This document shows, one piece after another, positions 53,902 through 63,018 of a stretch of DNA of 64,000 nt (position 1 is its first letter; each line of letters starts with the position of its first letter). The stretch spans positions 102,911-166,910 of the forward strand of contig JAZNKB010000006.1 of the NCBI GenBank assembly GCA_045578345.1, written 5' to 3'. This DNA is from Candidatus Onthoplasma sp. GTDB taxonomy: Bacteria > Bacillota > Clostridia > Christensenellales > UBA1242. The position numbers and the translations under genes were made by a program. The notes under the pieces are model-generated. The model was not told the origin of the DNA, did no database searches, and saw only the letters and a list, made by a program, of their open reading frames with translations.

Positions 53902-55059
53902 ATGAAAACTGCTGATTTAATTCCTTTTATTCTTCTGGAACTAAATGAATGTGATAAATACGGTTTTGAATTAACAAAAGCGATAGAAACAAAATCTAAT
54001 GGTAAAATTATCATTAAACAACCAACTCTCTACACTCTACTTAAAAAACTTGAAAAATCAAAGTTTATTGCTTCTTATTGGGAAGATAGCGAAATTGGCG
54101 GAAAACGTCACTACTATAAGTTAACTGAAAATGGAAGGTTGCAAGTTTCAACTCTGCCTCCTTATGATTTTTTGTTGAAAAATGCTCTTAATGAAGATGT
54201 AGCATCTGATGAAACAATGGTAGAAATAAAACAATCTGAAACTTCTGAAAAAAGAGTTTCAATTATGGATCAACTACTCCCAACAAATGTGGAACCATCA
54301 GAAAGTATTTTACCAACAGAAGAAGTCTTTTCTGATAATAACATTGATAATTCAACTGAATTGGATATTAATGTTGCAAACACCGAGATTCTTAAAAATT
54401 CAAACACCGCTATTGATGAAGAGTTTGCAACAAGTGACGTTGTTTCGAAATTTACCGAAAAAGTTGAACCATCTCAAATAATTCACGAAACAAATCAAAC
54501 AAATGAAGCACATCAACCTTATAATTCCATTCTTGATGTTGATTTCACTATTCCAAAAAATGAAGCCGAAATTAAATTTGTTGACTATGTTGATTTTAAA
54601 AACTCTGATAACTACAAAAAATCTAAGAATATATCATATGCTATGCTTATTCAATCATTATCAACCAGTGCGAGTTTAATCCTTGTTGTTCTTTTAAGCG
54701 CTATTATTTCTTCATTTACAGGAAGAACCTCTTTATATTATGCGTTTTTTATCCCTTCAATTTTAATTACACTGTTCTACCCTATTGTGGTTGCAGTTAA
54801 TTTACATAAGATGAGACTAAAATATCAGGCAGTTCAATTTAATACAAAAATTAAACAACGTTTATACATAGGAATTTGTTTATTCTTAATGGTCTTAGTA
54901 GTCTGTATAATTGTTAATATTAAAATGAAGAACAACACTTTAATTCTTATATTAGAATTTCAAAATTTCGAGAGTTTTTATGCTCCACTGATGATGACTT
55001 CTGTATACTTTATCGATTTATTATTTAAACATTTGTTTATGTCAAAATTTAACAAATAG
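53902..55059 (+). CDS. PadR-family wHTH regulator fused to a low-complexity linker and C-terminal multi-TM domain
   Basis: GFELTKAIE...KQPTLYTLLKKLEKSKFIASYWED..GGKRHYYKLTENG PadR core. An acidic/Asn-rich linker follows, then 4-5 hydrophobic segments. Confidence 0.75.
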   Translation: MKTADLIPFILLELNECDKYGFELTKAIETKSNGKIIIKQPTLYTLLKKLEKSKFIASYWEDSEIGGKRHYYKLTENGRLQVSTLPPYDFLLKNALNEDVASDETMVEIKQSETSEKRVSIMDQLLPTNVEPSESILPTEEVFSDNNIDNSTELDINVANTEILKNSNTAIDEEFATSDVVSKFTEKVEPSQIIHETNQTNEAHQPYNSILDVDFTIPKNEAEIKFVDYVDFKNSDNYKKSKNISYAMLIQSLSTSASLILVVLLSAIISSFTGRTSLYYAFFIPSILITLFYPIVVAVNLHKMRLKYQAVQFNTKIKQRLYIGICLFLMVLVVCIIVNIKMKNNTLILILEFQNFESFYAPLMMTSVYFIDLLFKHLFMSKFNK

Positions 55060-55067
55060 GAAGTGTT

Positions 55068-56000
55068 ATGATACCAGTTTTAACCGTTCAAAACTTAACA
55101 AAAGAATATGGAAACAAAAGAGTTGTTGACAATGTCAACTTCTCTGTTTTTGCTGGTCAAATTTTTGGATTTGTTGGTCCTAATGGCGCTGGAAAATCAA
55201 CAACAATAAGAATGATAACAGGACTTACCCCTATAACAAACGGAGATGTGCGAATTTGTGGGTATAGCATTAAATATGCTTATAAAAAAGCAATAGAGAA
55301 TATTGGCGGAATAATTGAAATGCCTCAACTCTACCCTTACCTTAGTGGCATGAAAAACTTAAAAATTCTTGCAAGTTTTTATGGGAAAGCTGCAAGCACA
55401 CGAATTAATCAAATTGTTAAACTTGTTGGAATGGAAAATCGAATTCACGACAAAGTTTCAACCTACTCTTTAGGAATGAAACAACGCCTAGGAATTGCAC
55501 AAGCATTGCTTGGAAAACCAAAACTATTAATTTTGGATGAACCAACAAATGGTCTTGACCCAAATGGTATTGTTGAAATGCGTCATATATTAAGAACTCT
55601 TGCAGAAAAAGAAAATATGGCAATCATAATTTCAAGTCATAATTTGGCAGAATTGGAACAAATGTGTGATGTAATTGGATTAATTAATAATGGCCGCATA
55701 ATTGAACACAAAACCATGCGTGAAATTGATGCAATGCTTCAATCAAAACAACACGTTCAATTGCTGTGTAACTATCCTAATTATGCTGCCCTTCTCTTAA
55801 AAGAAAAATATAACATCCATGCAAAAGTTATTGGTAGTTCTATTGTTTTGAATATTAAAGATGAAAATGTTGCAATAATTGTTTCATATTTAGTTAATAA
55901 AAAAATTAAGATTTACAACATCAAGAAAATTCAAAAGTCTTTGGAAGAGTTATACTTTGAATTATTGAACAATGAACGACCTTCATCAAGCGTTTTATAG
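55068..56000 (+). CDS. ABC transporter ATP-binding protein
   Basis: GPNGAGKST, LGMKQRLGIAQAL, LILDEPTNGLD. Confidence 0.92.
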   Translation: MIPVLTVQNLTKEYGNKRVVDNVNFSVFAGQIFGFVGPNGAGKSTTIRMITGLTPITNGDVRICGYSIKYAYKKAIENIGGIIEMPQLYPYLSGMKNLKILASFYGKAASTRINQIVKLVGMENRIHDKVSTYSLGMKQRLGIAQALLGKPKLLILDEPTNGLDPNGIVEMRHILRTLAEKENMAIIISSHNLAELEQMCDVIGLINNGRIIEHKTMREIDAMLQSKQHVQLLCNYPNYAALLLKEKYNIHAKVIGSSIVLNIKDENVAIIVSYLVNKKIKIYNIKKIQKSLEELYFELLNNERPSSSVL

Positions 56001-56008
56001 GAGTTAAA

Positions 56009-57760
56009 ATGTTTAAAATTATTTCAACTGAAATAAAAAAGACAGTTTCAAAACAGGGAATTTATATTCTCTCTGTTTTGCTTGCAATAATTTTGGTTCT
56101 TGGAGTTTTAATTTATAAACCAACCATTTATAAAAATTCAGCTTTTGAACTTGAAGGTGTAACTTTTATTGATAAATATACAGATTTTACAAAATCTGAT
56201 ACTGCTGGTAAAAGAGCTGAAAATCAAGCCAAAATTTCAGGCACAATAAAATCCATTGAAAACTACACCATCACAATTAACAACGAAACTCTTTCACATA
56301 AAGAATACATCTATTCGTTGATCGAAAAGTATGAAGAAATTTATGGTGCATATCAAGATTGTGCCTCTGACAGTTCTTTTCAGTCGCATATTGACTCTGT
56401 TAGGGCCAACTTTGTTAACTCACTTGAAAATTTAAATACTGCAATTGAAACCGCATTTTTAACTTCACAAGAAGGTTCATATCCTATTCTTACTAGTAAA
56501 TCAAATTATTATGCTTATAAAGATGCTTACACTAAGGTTAAAAATTGGGCAAATGTTTCGATTGAAAAAGAAAATTTAACCGATCACTTCATTGAATATG
56601 AAAGCAAATATAAAGCAGATTTGTTTGAAAGTATTTCCAAATTTAAATATATAACTCTTAAATCCTCTTTTGTAAATGATTATACTCAAGAAACTGAAAA
56701 TAGCAAATTATCTATTCTCAACCAACGTTTAGATAATATTTCTACCGAAATTGAAGAAAAACTTTTGAATGCAAAAAATGATGAAAGTTATAACACAAAG
56801 TATGCAAGCGAAATGGATAAATTGGCAAACAAATATGCCTATACTGTTGACACTTTTGTTAACCTTGTTAAATATGAATTAATTGTAAATGCTTTTGATA
56901 AAGTATCTTCAACACAAGAAGAACTTAAAATATTACACTTATCAAACTACTCTAACTATAATGCAAAATCATTGCTAGAAAGATATGAGTACTTGTTTGA
57001 AAATAACAGATCAGAATCCGATTTTGCAAAGCCTTTAACCATTGGTGTTACTTCTAACAACGACATAAACGCATTTGACTATTCTTACTTTATTTTAAAA
57101 GTTTTCGCATTTGTAATTATTATTTATGCCATTATGTCTGCTTGTCACTCAATTGCAGGTGAAGTTAAAGAAGGCTCAATGAGATATTTGGCAATTAGAC
57201 CAGTGTCACGAACCAGTATGTTCTTTGGAAAATGGCTTTCAATCTTGATTATGTCATCAATTTTGATGTTGTTTAGTTTGATTATTTCATTGTGTGTTGG
57301 CGGAGCTGTTTATGGATTTGCATCAAATCCAATTTTGGCAATATTCAATGGTGGAATTGCCTTCACCACTCACCCAATTGGAATGATTGCAATTTACATT
57401 GTGAGTATGCTATTTGAACTTATTATATATTCATTAATAGCAATGTTGTTATCAGTTTTATTTAAATCGGATTTAATGTCAATGACTATATTGATTGTGA
57501 TTTATTTAATTAACATATTCTTACCAATATTTGTGCAAGGAGCAAACACTTGGCTTGCATATTATCCATTCTCTCACATCTCACTCTATTCTTTATTTGG
57601 CAGTGCAGTATATGGTGTTTCACAAAACTTCTTTAATCTTATTTTTGGTTCAAAAATTTACGCAGGAACTCACATAGCCTTAACAATTAGTGTTATTCTA
57701 TTAATTTCCACTATTGTTGGCGCGTTGGCAGTTAAATTCTTTAAAAACAAAGAATTATAA
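56009..57760 (+). CDS. ABC-2-type permease with a ~330-aa extracytoplasmic insertion
   Basis: N-terminal TM, long polar region, then about five TM segments. Translationally adjacent to the ATPase. Confidence 0.7.
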   Translation: MFKIISTEIKKTVSKQGIYILSVLLAIILVLGVLIYKPTIYKNSAFELEGVTFIDKYTDFTKSDTAGKRAENQAKISGTIKSIENYTITINNETLSHKEYIYSLIEKYEEIYGAYQDCASDSSFQSHIDSVRANFVNSLENLNTAIETAFLTSQEGSYPILTSKSNYYAYKDAYTKVKNWANVSIEKENLTDHFIEYESKYKADLFESISKFKYITLKSSFVNDYTQETENSKLSILNQRLDNISTEIEEKLLNAKNDESYNTKYASEMDKLANKYAYTVDTFVNLVKYELIVNAFDKVSSTQEELKILHLSNYSNYNAKSLLERYEYLFENNRSESDFAKPLTIGVTSNNDINAFDYSYFILKVFAFVIIIYAIMSACHSIAGEVKEGSMRYLAIRPVSRTSMFFGKWLSILIMSSILMLFSLIISLCVGGAVYGFASNPILAIFNGGIAFTTHPIGMIAIYIVSMLFELIIYSLIAMLLSVLFKSDLMSMTILIVIYLINIFLPIFVQGANTWLAYYPFSHISLYSLFGSAVYGVSQNFFNLIFGSKIYAGTHIALTISVILLISTIVGALAVKFFKNKEL

Positions 57761-57765
57761 GAAAA

Positions 57766-57796
57766 CAAAAAAAGGACTAAATTTAGTCCTTTTTTA
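57766..57796. terminator. bidirectional rho-independent terminator
   Basis: A-run, AGGACTAA/TTAGTCCT stem, T6, between convergent genes. Confidence 0.8.
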
Positions 57797-58801
57797 TTGA
57801 TGTTTTGCAATTTCTCCTGTTGCAAGTTCGTCACAACGATTATTATACTTATTGTCTGCATGGCCTTTAACTTTAATCCATTTTATTTTGTGCGTATTAT
57901 TAAATTCAATCAATTTTTGCCACAATTCAACATTCGCAACTGGTTTTTTGTTCGCATTTTTAAATCCATTCATTTGCCAACTTGTTATCCAATCCTCATT
58001 AAAAGCATTAATTAAATATGCACTATCACTATATAAGTCAACTTCGCAAGGAACTTTAAGTTTATCTAGCGCCATAATTGCAGCGGTCAATTCCATTTGA
58101 TTGTTTGTTGTGTTTTCTTGATAACCACTGATTTCTTTCATTGTTTCACCATGGAATAACACTGCTCCCCATCCACCAACACCAGGATTGCCACTGCACG
58201 CGCCGTCTGTGTATATAACAACCTTATCTGGTTTAGTTTCACTTGGATTATCTTCCAAATCAATTTCTTCATATAAAATTGAATACACAACCACATCATG
58301 CCTTGAATGAAGATTATTTTTTCCTGCTTTACGCATTGTCCCTTCATAGGTCATTCCAGCACGTTTCATAACATTACCACTTTTTTCATTCAATGTGTCG
58401 TGCATACAAACAATTCTCTTTGCGATGTTGTTTGCTTTAATATATTTAAAAGCTCCTTTAAGGGTTTCAGTCATATAACCATAACCTTGATATTTTGGAT
58501 TTAAAACATAACCAATTTCTAGGATTCCGTCATTTTTTTGTTTGTAATCCATAAGACCAATTGCACCAATAACCTTGTTTTCAGCTTTCAGATGAATTGC
58601 ATATTCATGTTCTACTTTATCTTGTTTGTATTCGTCCAATAAATAGTCAATTCTAGCAATGGCAGTTTGTATATCTTTATAAGTTGGCCAACTCAAAAAT
58701 TTAGTCACTTCATCATTACTTGCATATTCATACAAATCCAAATAATCTTTTTCTTCCCATTGTCTAATTATTAGTCTTTCAGTTTCATAAACAATTTTCA
58801 T
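57794..58801 (-). CDS. fusion protein: RimJ/RimL-type GNAT N-acetyltransferase plus RNase HI
   Basis: N-terminal ERLIIRQWEEKDY...QGYGYMTE GNAT. C-terminal IYTDGACSGNPGVGGWG...NNQMEL...DSAYL...GHADNKYNNRCDELA RNase H. Confidence 0.85.
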   Translation of the reverse strand: MKIVYETERLIIRQWEEKDYLDLYEYASNDEVTKFLSWPTYKDIQTAIARIDYLLDEYKQDKVEHEYAIHLKAENKVIGAIGLMDYKQKNDGILEIGYVLNPKYQGYGYMTETLKGAFKYIKANNIAKRIVCMHDTLNEKSGNVMKRAGMTYEGTMRKAGKNNLHSRHDVVVYSILYEEIDLEDNPSETKPDKVVIYTDGACSGNPGVGGWGAVLFHGETMKEISGYQENTTNNQMELTAAIMALDKLKVPCEVDLYSDSAYLINAFNEDWITSWQMNGFKNANKKPVANVELWQKLIEFNNTHKIKWIKVKGHADNKYNNRCDELATGEIAKHQ

Positions 58802-58898
58802 ATCTTCTCCTAATTAAATTATAGCATATTTAATCATAATTTCAAATAATAAACTATTTTTCTTTGCTTTTGCTAGTAAAATCAGTTTGTTGTTAACA

Positions 58899-58922
58899 CA
58901 AAAAAAGCACTTATTAAGTGCT
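58899..58922 (-). terminator. terminator after tRNA-Trp
   Basis: AGCACTT/AAGTGCT stem with a U-run on the minus strand. Confidence 0.6.
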
Positions 58923-58927
58923 ATATA

Positions 58928-59002
58928 TGGCAGGGGAGACGCGATTCGAACACGCAACCAATGGTTTTGGAGAGCACTATTCTACCGTTGAGCCACTCCC
59001 CT
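58928..59002 (-). tRNA. tRNA-Trp (anticodon CCA), CCA encoded
   Basis: Minus strand reads AGGGGAGTGGCTCAACGGTAGAATAGTGCTCTCCAAAACCATTGGTTGCGTGTTCGAATCGCGTCTCCCCTGCCA. Close to B. subtilis tRNA-Trp, but with C11-A24 and C30-C40 mispairs when folded by hand. Confidence 0.8.
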
Positions 59003-59012
59003 ATACTTTACT

Positions 59013-59041
59013 AGTATATAATATTAAGAACTTAATGTCAA
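59013..59041 (-). promoter_or_regulatory. tRNA-Trp promoter
   Basis: On the minus strand: TTGACA, 17 nt, TATACT, 10 nt before the tRNA. Confidence 0.55.
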
Positions 59042-59111
59042 CTAAAAAATTAAATTTAATTGTTATTGACAAGTTTTTATTTGTTTAATAATATTGTTAT
59101 AAGGAGGAACT

Positions 59112-59739
59112 ATGGAAAATAAATTAAAATCTATTAATCTTAATGTTAAAAGAGATGAAGTTTTGCTTGAAGACACAATCTTCTATCCAATTAAAAACAA
59201 AACTTCCGATAATGTAATACGATTAAAAACAGGAACTGCTGTAAGCGCCATATACAACGTTTTCTCAGAGGTTACCACAAAGAAAGATATTTCTAATCAA
59301 CAAAAGAAAAATATAGGTAATGCTATTAAAGCATTCTTTATTCTTAAAGGTCACGAAGCAGTTCATGAAAAAAAGTTGGCTAAATTTATTAAACAAGAAA
59401 CAGGTGTTTCTGTAAGTATTAAATTTATTTCTGTGGGAAAACAATTTCAAACAGTTTTTAGACCAGGCATAAAAGTTGAATCAGAAGTTATTACATTATA
59501 TGTTTTAGATAGTAATATCACAATTGATTAAGAGCGAAATAATCCCTCTCTTTTTTGAAATTGATTTCTTGTTTTGTGAAATGCAAAGAATTATTTCTCC
59601 AAGCGGAAAAATTGTATTACTCATGGGAAATATTGAAGAATTTGAACAATCACTAAGCAAAGTTAAATTACTTTGTGAAAACAAATATAACATTCTGGTT
59701 AACGGCAAAAAAGCAAATATTTATGTATTAAAAAAGTAG
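59112..59739 (+). pseudogene. remnant of a THUMP-domain RNA methyltransferase (YpsC/RlmL-like) lacking the SAM-binding core
   Basis: ORF 59112-59531 ends like a THUMP domain (..EVITLYVLDSNITID). ORF 59524-59739, in another frame, resembles the methyltransferase C-terminal tail (LFCEMQRIISPSGKIVLLMG..FEQSL..NILVNGKKANIYVL). Confidence 0.5.
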
Positions 59740-59760
59740 GATTTAACTCCTACTTTTTTT
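59735..59760. terminator. bidirectional rho-independent terminator
   Basis: A5, AGTAGGA/TCCTACT stem, T7. Confidence 0.75.
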
Positions 59761-59763
59761 ATT

Positions 59764-59787
59764 TTACTTAGCAGTATCGCTAAATCT
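59764..59787. repeat. 24-bp direct duplicate of the rny 3' end
   Basis: TTACTTAGCAGTATCGCTAAATCT is identical to 59846-59869 (last seven codons plus stop of rny). Confidence 0.9.
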
Positions 59788-59845
59788 TTTTCGTAATAAG
59801 AATATGTCAAGCATATTTATCTTATTTGCTTCAGCGCTTTATCGA

Positions 59846-61438
59846 TTACTTAGCAGTATCGCTAAATCTGCTTTCGCGAATGACATTAACCTTAATGTGA
59901 CCAGGATATTCAAGTTTAGATTCAATTTCTTTTGCAATGTCATGAGCCAAAACTTGAGCTTCGTCATCACTGATTTGTTCTGGTTTAACCATAACTCTGA
60001 TTTCACGTCCAGCTTGAATTGCATAAGTTTTATCAACTCCAGCATGTGAATTTGCTATTTCTTCAAGTTCTTGAAGACGTTTGATGTAGTTTTCAATGCT
60101 TTCACGTCTTGCACCAGGTCTTGCACTTGAAATTGCATCTGCTGCTTGAACAATAACAGCTTCAAGTGTTTTTGGTTCAACGTCGTTATGGTGTGCTTCA
60201 ATACAGTGAATCACAGCTTCGCTTTCTTTATATTTACGAGCCAACTCAACACCAATTGAAACGTGTGTTCCTTCAACTTCATGGTCAACTGCTTTTCCTA
60301 AGTCATGCAACAAACCTGCACGACGCGCAACTTTAACGTTTGCGCCGATTTCACTTGCCAACATTCCAGCAATGAATGAAACTTCAAGTGAGTGATTCAA
60401 AACGTTTTGACCATAACTAGTTCTATATTTATTTCTTCCCAAAACTTTAACAATTTCAGGGTGAACGTTGTGAACGTCTGCATCAAAACAAGCATTATCA
60501 CCTGCTTCTTTTATTGTTTCTTCAACATCCCTTTGCACTTTTTGAACAAGTTCTTCAATTCTTGCTGGGTGAATTCTTCCGTCAAGAATGAGTTTCTCAA
60601 GCGCAATACGAGCAACTTCACGTCTTACTGGGTCAAAACCAGAAAGTGTGATTGCTTCAGGAGTGTCATCAACAATGAAGTCGATTCCTGTTGCAGCTTC
60701 AAGAGCTCTGATGTTTCTTCCTTCACGACCAATGATTCTACCCTTCATTTCTTCACTTGGAAGTGTTACAACACTTGTTGTCACTTCACTTGTGTGGTCA
60801 GCAGCACATTTTTGAATTGCAAGAGTTATGATGTTTCTTGCTTTCTTTTCAGCTTCTTCTTTAGCCTTATCTTCAATGTCTTTCGCAATTTTAACAGCGT
60901 CAATTTTTGCTTCTTCAGTGTAACGATCAATAATAACTTGTTTTGCTTGTTCAGTTGTCATTTGACTAACTTTTTCAAGTTCTTTGATGATACTAGCTTG
61001 AAGTTCATCTAAAGCTTCTTCCTTGCTGTTTAAAGCTTCAATTTGGTTGTGAACACGTTCTTTTGATTGTTCCAACTCTTCCATTTTTTTGTCTAGCGCT
61101 GTTTCACGTTTAGTAAGCAAGTCTTCACGCGCATATAAGCGATCCTCTGCTCTTTTATTTTCTTCTCTTCTTTCTTTGTTTTCTGCTTCGAAGGTTGATT
61201 TCAAAAGATTAATTTCTTTATTTGTTAATTCGACTTGCTCTTTTTTAATTTTTTCTGCCTCTGCATGAGCATCTGCAAGTATTTTATCTGCTTTAATACT
61301 ATTTAGTTTAGTTTTTTTATTCATAACAACAGCAAAAGCGCCAACACCGACGCCCCCACCAATTGCTAACATAACAATTGATAAAATAATTGTTACAGGA
61401 GTACTCACACATAGCAAACTTAAATTTACTATGTCCAT
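59846..61438 (-). CDS. rny: ribonuclease Y
   Basis: N-terminal TM, coiled coil, KH ([15 protein letters not shown]), HD (GLLHDLGK). Confidence 0.95.
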   Translation of the reverse strand: MDIVNLSLLCVSTPVTIILSIVMLAIGGGVGVGAFAVVMNKKTKLNSIKADKILADAHAEAEKIKKEQVELTNKEINLLKSTFEAENKERREENKRAEDRLYAREDLLTKRETALDKKMEELEQSKERVHNQIEALNSKEEALDELQASIIKELEKVSQMTTEQAKQVIIDRYTEEAKIDAVKIAKDIEDKAKEEAEKKARNIITLAIQKCAADHTSEVTTSVVTLPSEEMKGRIIGREGRNIRALEAATGIDFIVDDTPEAITLSGFDPVRREVARIALEKLILDGRIHPARIEELVQKVQRDVEETIKEAGDNACFDADVHNVHPEIVKVLGRNKYRTSYGQNVLNHSLEVSFIAGMLASEIGANVKVARRAGLLHDLGKAVDHEVEGTHVSIGVELARKYKESEAVIHCIEAHHNDVEPKTLEAVIVQAADAISSARPGARRESIENYIKRLQELEEIANSHAGVDKTYAIQAGREIRVMVKPEQISDDEAQVLAHDIAKEIESKLEYPGHIKVNVIRESRFSDTAK

Positions 61439-61595
61439 AGTTTACCTACCTTTCATGTTGTAAAACTATTACAACATTATGATTATACAACATAATCACT
61501 TCAATTGTCAAGGAAGTTAAAAAATTATATCATCCAAATTTGAAATAAACAAAACAAAAAAGTGTATGTATATAAAAACATACACTATATATAGA

Positions 61596-61859
61596 CTATT
61601 TATTTTTTCTAAACACAATTGCGCATACAAGAATTATTACACAGAAAGATAATTCCAAACAAGTTTCGAAAATTAACATCACACTATCAGTGCACAAAAC
61701 TGCATACATTGTGTAAGCAACTGAACTAATCACCCACAAAACCCATGAGCCAATGCTTAAATCTTGCGCCTGTTTAGTTTTTAAACTTTTAACAATTTGA
61801 GGAAAATATGATACGAATGTACAAATTGAAACAATTCCTAATAAAATATTGCCCAACAT
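61596..61859 (-). CDS. SemiSWEET / PQ-loop family small transporter (87 aa)
   Basis: Three TM segments with an FPQIVKSLKTK PQ motif. GGAGG RBS before ATG 61859; track start 61880 overlaps thiI. Confidence 0.7.
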   Translation of the reverse strand: MLGNILLGIVSICTFVSYFPQIVKSLKTKQAQDLSIGSWVLWVISSVAYTMYAVLCTDSVMLIFETCLELSFCVIILVCAIVFRKNK

Positions 61860-61869
61860 ATATCCTCCA

Positions 61870-63018
61870 CTAATCATCAAGTTTTATAACTTCAATGTTT
61901 TCAATAACTGCTGAAAGCAATTCATTAAGATTGATTTTTTCTTCTTCTCTTTCAGCATCTTTCACTCTTGGCTTAATGATTGGATTTCTTGGCAAGAACA
62001 CTGTACAACAATCTTCATAAGGAAGAACACTTGTTTCATATGTGTCAATATCTTTTGCAATATTGATGATTTCATCTTTATTAAAGCTAATTAATGGGCG
62101 CAAAACAGGATATTTAGCAACTGAGTTAGTTGAAGTTAAACTTTCGATTGTTTGGCTTGCAACTTGGCCTAAACTTTCACCTGTTATGATTGTTTTATAA
62201 CGATATTTCTCACAAAGAGCATTTGCAACCCTAATCATTGCCCTGCGAAGCAGGTTGATTGCATATTCTTCTTGGCATTTGATATGGAATTCTTCTTGGA
62301 GTTTTGTCATTGAGCACACATACATAAATCTTGCACCAATAAACTTCTTTATTTTCTTTGCAAGGTCTATAACCTTTTCTTTTGCCTGTGGGCTTGTGTA
62401 TGGGAAGCTGTCAAAATGCAAAATGTCTTGTCTAAGTCCGCGCTTTGCCATGCAGAAACCCGCCACCGGACTATCAATACCTCCACTAAGAAGAAGTAAT
62501 CCGTCCCTATTTTCCCCAAGTGGTAATCCAGAATACGCGTATATTATCTTATCAAATATAAATGTTTTTCCGTTTTCTCTAATGTCAACGTGGACAACGA
62601 TATCTGGATTATGAATGTCAACGCTCGCTTTAGGGTTGTTTTCTAATATTATTCCGCCAAGTTCTGCTGCAAAATCATTCGATTTAATTGGGAATGACTT
62701 TTCTGCCCTGTTAACATCACATTTGAATGTTTTATTAATCTTTAATGTTCTAATGTGGTTTTTTATTGCTTCTACTTGTGTTTCAAGCTCAACTGCTACT
62801 GAAATTGAATGAACTCCAAAAACTGCTTTAAGATTTGTTATTATTTCATCTTCATCCGTGTAGTCTCTAACCAACAATCTATTTTGAATATTCTCTATTT
62901 TACATTCAATACCTTTTAATGCACTTTTAATGTTATTATGCAATAGCTTTATAAAATACTTTTTGTTTCCACCCTTTAGGTGTATTTCATTAAACCTAAT
63001 TAATATTACCTTATTCAT
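61870..63018 (-). CDS. thiI: tRNA 4-thiouridine synthase ThiI
   Basis: THUMP N-terminus; PP-loop LSGGIDSPVA. Confidence 0.93.
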   Translation of the reverse strand: MNKVILIRFNEIHLKGGNKKYFIKLLHNNIKSALKGIECKIENIQNRLLVRDYTDEDEIITNLKAVFGVHSISVAVELETQVEAIKNHIRTLKINKTFKCDVNRAEKSFPIKSNDFAAELGGIILENNPKASVDIHNPDIVVHVDIRENGKTFIFDKIIYAYSGLPLGENRDGLLLLSGGIDSPVAGFCMAKRGLRQDILHFDSFPYTSPQAKEKVIDLAKKIKKFIGARFMYVCSMTKLQEEFHIKCQEEYAINLLRRAMIRVANALCEKYRYKTIITGESLGQVASQTIESLTSTNSVAKYPVLRPLISFNKDEIINIAKDIDTYETSVLPYEDCCTVFLPRNPIIKPRVKDAEREEEKINLNELLSAVIENIEVIKLDD

